NCBI GenBank assembly: GCA_903883645.1
Contig: CAISBR010000080.1
Coordinates: 21,069 to 85,068 of the forward strand
DNA length: 64,000 nt
Direction: 5' to 3'
Source of the DNA: an uncultured Myxococcales bacterium
Lineage (GTDB): Bacteria > Myxococcota_A > UBA9042
The notes below the pieces were generated by a model, which saw nothing but the letters and a program-made list of their open reading frames with translations, was not told the origin of the DNA and searched no databases. This document shows positions 61,130 through 64,000 of the stretch, in pieces (the first letter of the stretch is position 1; every line of letters begins with the position of its first letter). Both the position numbers and the translations under genes were made by a program.

Positions 61130-64000
61130 CTACGGGCAGCTGCTGTTCGCCGCCTTGGGCGTGCCCTTGTTTCCCGCCTTGCCATAGCCAAGCTTGCCTG
61201 AACACCAACTGCTCGAGTTGGCGGCACCAATCGGAGTCGACTTGTTTACGTCTAACTGGTAACTGTACCCGTTGATTTGGCTCGCGAAGTTGACATACGC
61301 CACTTTGCCGGTCGTGCAGGCAGAGTCCGTCGAAATGCACGCCTCGTCGCCGCTATTCGCAAACGCAATACCCGCACCGCCGCTGTAGCCGTACACGTAA
61401 TCAGGTGTGGGCGCGCCTTCCATTGTGGCGATGTCCACGGCAGAAACTAGGGCATACTCCCCCGGCTTCACATAAAACCCATTTCCTCTTGCGAACTTAA
61501 CAAAATACTGCTTATCCCCGAAGTAGAGCCCGTTCAAGTCCACCGTATGGGTTGAAATATTCAGTACCTCGACCCACTCGAAGGACGTATTGGGGGCAAG
61601 TGGCGCCGCCATCACCTCGGTAATCAAGATTTCGCCCGACTTGGCCTGCGCCACCGTGTCCAACAAGCAATTCGTGCACCCGTCGTTCGCTACAGCATTG
61701 GCATCGTCGCACTGCTCGCCGGCCTGCAAAATGCCGTCGCCGCAGTAGGGCTGCTTGGTACAGCTACCTGAAATGCACCACAAATTCGTGCCGCAGCTGG
61801 TCTTGTCGGCAATGTTGGTGTGCAAGCATCCTTGCGTGGGCGTGCAAGTATCCGCCGTGCACGGGTTGTTGTCGTCGCAGTTGGCATCGGGGCCAGGTTT
61901 GCAGATGCCGCCCAAGCACTTATCGCCCATCGTGCACACGCTGCCGTCGGCGTCGCAGCTGATGCCGTCGTTGGTGGCGCCAATGTGGACGCAACTCGAG
62001 GTCGCTTTGTCACAACTATCCGATGTACAGGGCAAATCGTCCGCACAATTCAGTTGTGGGCCAGCCGTGCACACGCCCGTTTTGCAGACGTCGGGGCTGG
62101 TGCAGCCGTTGGCGTCGGCGTCGCAAGGGGCCGAATTGTTTTGATGCAAGCAACCTTGCGCCGGCTCGCAGGCGTCCGATGTACACGGGTTGCCGTCGTC
62201 GCACGGCAGCGCGGCACCTGGGGTGCACATGCCGGCCTGGCACGCGTCGCCCACCGTGCAGATGCTGCCGTCGGCATTGCAGGTTTTGCCGTCAGCGAAG
62301 GCCTTGGTCACGCATAAGCCCGTGGCCGCAATGCAGGCCGCGTACGCACAGCTCGTGTCTTTCGACGCGTCGCACGCGACCACCGTGGCCGGGTTGGTCT
62401 TGCACTGGAAGTTAGCGGGGATGGACTTGTCGCAATAGGGCTTGCCGTTGCACAAGTCCGTGTCGTCTTTGCAGTCGCTGTCGACCTGGCACTGGCAGAT
62501 CGAGGTGCCCGGCGTGCAGGCGCCCTTGCTGCAGGTGTCGCCGTTGGTGCACGAGTTGCCGTCGTCGCACGCTGCGGCGTTGTTGGTGGCCACGCAGCCC
62601 ACCTTGGGGTCGCAGGCGTCGTCGGTACACAAGTTGCCGTCGTTGCAAAAGCTTTTGATCTTGCCGATGCACTGGCCGCTGGTGCAGGTGTCGTTGTCGG
62701 TGCAGGCGTTGCCATCGTCGCACGGCGACTTCGACGAGGCGTGTTTGCAACCCCCTGTACTGTCACACGTATCGAGCGTGCAGGGGTTGTTGTCGGTACA
62801 GTCGACCGGCTGGCCGAGGCACGCGCCGGTGCTGCACGCGTCGCCCTCGGTGCAGGCGTTGCCGTCGCTGCAGCCGGTGGCATCGGGCTGGCCGCTACTC
62901 GCGCACTTGCCGGTTTCCTCATTGCAGGCCATGACTTGGCACACCGCCGCTGCCGGGCAGATCTTGGGTTTGCCGGGCAAGCATTGGCCGCCCTCACACA
63001 CATCGCCTACGCTGCAGGGCGAGCCATCGTCGCACGCCGCGCCGTCGTCGTAGACCGCAGTGCAGCCGCTCGACATGCTGCAACTATCGAAGGTGCAAGG
63101 GTTACCGTCGTCGCACTTCTTGGGCAGTCCGGGCAAGCACAGTCCGCCTTGGCACGAGTCGCCCTCGGTGCACGCATTGTTGTCGGCATTGCACGTGCCC
63201 ACCGTGGCCGTGTGGCTGCACGCGAGCTCGAGCACATTGCACAGGTCGGTGGTGCAGGGGTTGGCGTCGTCGCAGGCTAGATTATCGATTTCGCCATTGC
63301 AATCATCATCTTTGCCATTACACACTTCTGGCGATGCCAGCGCGGAACAGGCCGACAAGCCGCTGTCGCCGCACTGCCGCACGCCCGAGCACTGCGACTT
63401 GCCGCCGCTGGGCGATGGCGCCGAACACGAGGTGCCCAACTTGCCCGTCTTTGCTGCAAAACTGCACGAGCAATCGGTGGGGCCGCTGTCGCCGGGCGCC
63501 GGCAGACACTGCGAGCCGGTCTTGCCACCGGCGCTGGTCACCTCTTGGCAGGTGTAGCCGCTTGGGCAGTCGGCGCTGGCCGAGCAACCGGCGCCGCAAA
63601 AATGCCCCAAAGCGCCGCGATCGACGCACAGCGACTTGGCCACGCCCACGCTACCGCAGTCGGCGTCGCTATCGCACGGGTTGCAGAGCACCGGCCACTT
63701 GGGGCGGCACAGGTACACGACGTCGATTCCGCTTTCGGGCACGCACACATAGCCGTCGGGGCAGACGGTGGTGCACTCGGTCGTGCAGATGGGGCCAAAG
63801 TTGGGCGTGTCGATGCAGTGGCCGCTGTTGCAGTCGGCGCTCGTCTTGCACGCGCAGCCCGGTTCGCCCACACCGTTGCACTGCCACGATTGGGTCGACT
63901 CGCTATCGGGATCAAGGTCTTTGCTGCCGTCGCCCTCGGCATCGCTGGCGGTGGCGTCACTGCTGTCGGCGACCGCGACTTCTTCGGCGGCGGCGTCGGT
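61130..64000 (-). CDS. Paralog of the upstream giant Cys-rich repeat/LTD-like lipoprotein; 5' end lies beyond the window
   Basis: Same architecture and the same C-terminal ...GTPKAANSSCP. The frame stays open upstream of 63871 (continues into a D/S/A-rich linker) to the window edge. Confidence 0.6.
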   Translation of the reverse strand, partial: TDAAAEEVAVADSSDATASDAEGDGSKDLDPDSESTQSWQCNGVGEPGCACKTSADCNSGHCIDTPNFGPICTTECTTVCPDGYVCVPESGIDVVYLCRPKWPVLCNPCDSDADCGSVGVAKSLCVDRGALGHFCGAGCSASADCPSGYTCQEVTSAGGKTGSQCLPAPGDSGPTDCSCSFAAKTGKLGTSCSAPSPSGGKSQCSGVRQCGDSGLSACSALASPEVCNGKDDDCNGEIDNLACDDANPCTTDLCNVLELACSHTATVGTCNADNNACTEGDSCQGGLCLPGLPKKCDDGNPCTFDSCSMSSGCTAVYDDGAACDDGSPCSVGDVCEGGQCLPGKPKICPAAAVCQVMACNEETGKCASSGQPDATGCSDGNACTEGDACSTGACLGQPVDCTDNNPCTLDTCDSTGGCKHASSKSPCDDGNACTDNDTCTSGQCIGKIKSFCNDGNLCTDDACDPKVGCVATNNAAACDDGNSCTNGDTCSKGACTPGTSICQCQVDSDCKDDTDLCNGKPYCDKSIPANFQCKTNPATVVACDASKDTSCAYAACIAATGLCVTKAFADGKTCNADGSICTVGDACQAGMCTPGAALPCDDGNPCTSDACEPAQGCLHQNNSAPCDADANGCTSPDVCKTGVCTAGPQLNCADDLPCTSDSCDKATSSCVHIGATNDGISCDADGSVCTMGDKCLGGICKPGPDANCDDNNPCTADTCTPTQGCLHTNIADKTSCGTNLWCISGSCTKQPYCGDGILQAGEQCDDANAVANDGCTNCLLDTVAQAKSGEILITEVMAAPLAPNTSFEWVEVLNISTHTVDLNGLYFGDKQYFVKFARGNGFYVKPGEYALVSAVDIATMEGAPTPDYVYGYSGGAGIAFANSGDEACISTDSACTTGKVAYVNFASQINGYSYQLDVNKSTPIGAANSSSWCSGKLGYGKAGNKGTPKAANSSCP

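Overview
This is a high-GC (~68-70%) chromosomal segment, almost certainly from a myxobacterium (Myxococcota). Two secreted proteins end in MYXO-CTERM-type sorting tails (Cys-containing motif, hydrophobic helix, Arg cluster), and the window is rich in lipoproteins and Cys-rich repeat proteins. It is densely coding on both strands, with about 50 supportable CDSs and many spurious antisense ORFs, as expected at this GC content. I found no rRNA, tRNA, CRISPR array, integrase or transposase.

Recognisable housekeeping genes are ileS (eukaryote-like type 2 IleRS), trmB, typA/bipA, argF, glk, a QueD/PTPS pair, an M32 carboxypeptidase, an aldehyde dehydrogenase, three acyl-CoA dehydrogenases next to a lone B12-binding domain protein, a PduO-type cobalamin adenosyltransferase, a long-chain acyl-CoA ligase, a GT2 polyprenol-phosphate mannose synthase-like gene, bactofilin and BI-1.

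Accessory and unusual content:
- An operon of two thioredoxin-fold proteins, a standalone FtsX-type permease, an unknown 164-aa gene and an orphan Eco57I/HsdM-like N6-adenine MTase. One of the thioredoxin proteins is an OMP-like/thioredoxin fusion whose reading frame is interrupted by an in-frame TGA immediately after a signal peptide, in a C-A-T-[TGA] (CxxU-like) context.
- A tightly coupled operon of FHA protein, Dam-family MTase, QueD, a PTPS paralog and a DUF2723 (TMEM260/PMT-like) membrane protein, about 6 kb from a Dpm1-like mannosyl-phosphate synthase.
- An operon of a novel 2-Cys tandem-repeat secreted protein, a lipoprotein and an NlpC/P60 Cys-rich MYXO-CTERM protein.
- Two tandem giant Cys-rich repeat/LTD-like lipoprotein paralogs that carry expandable 12-bp tandem repeats.

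All calls come from reading the translations; no database searches were run.
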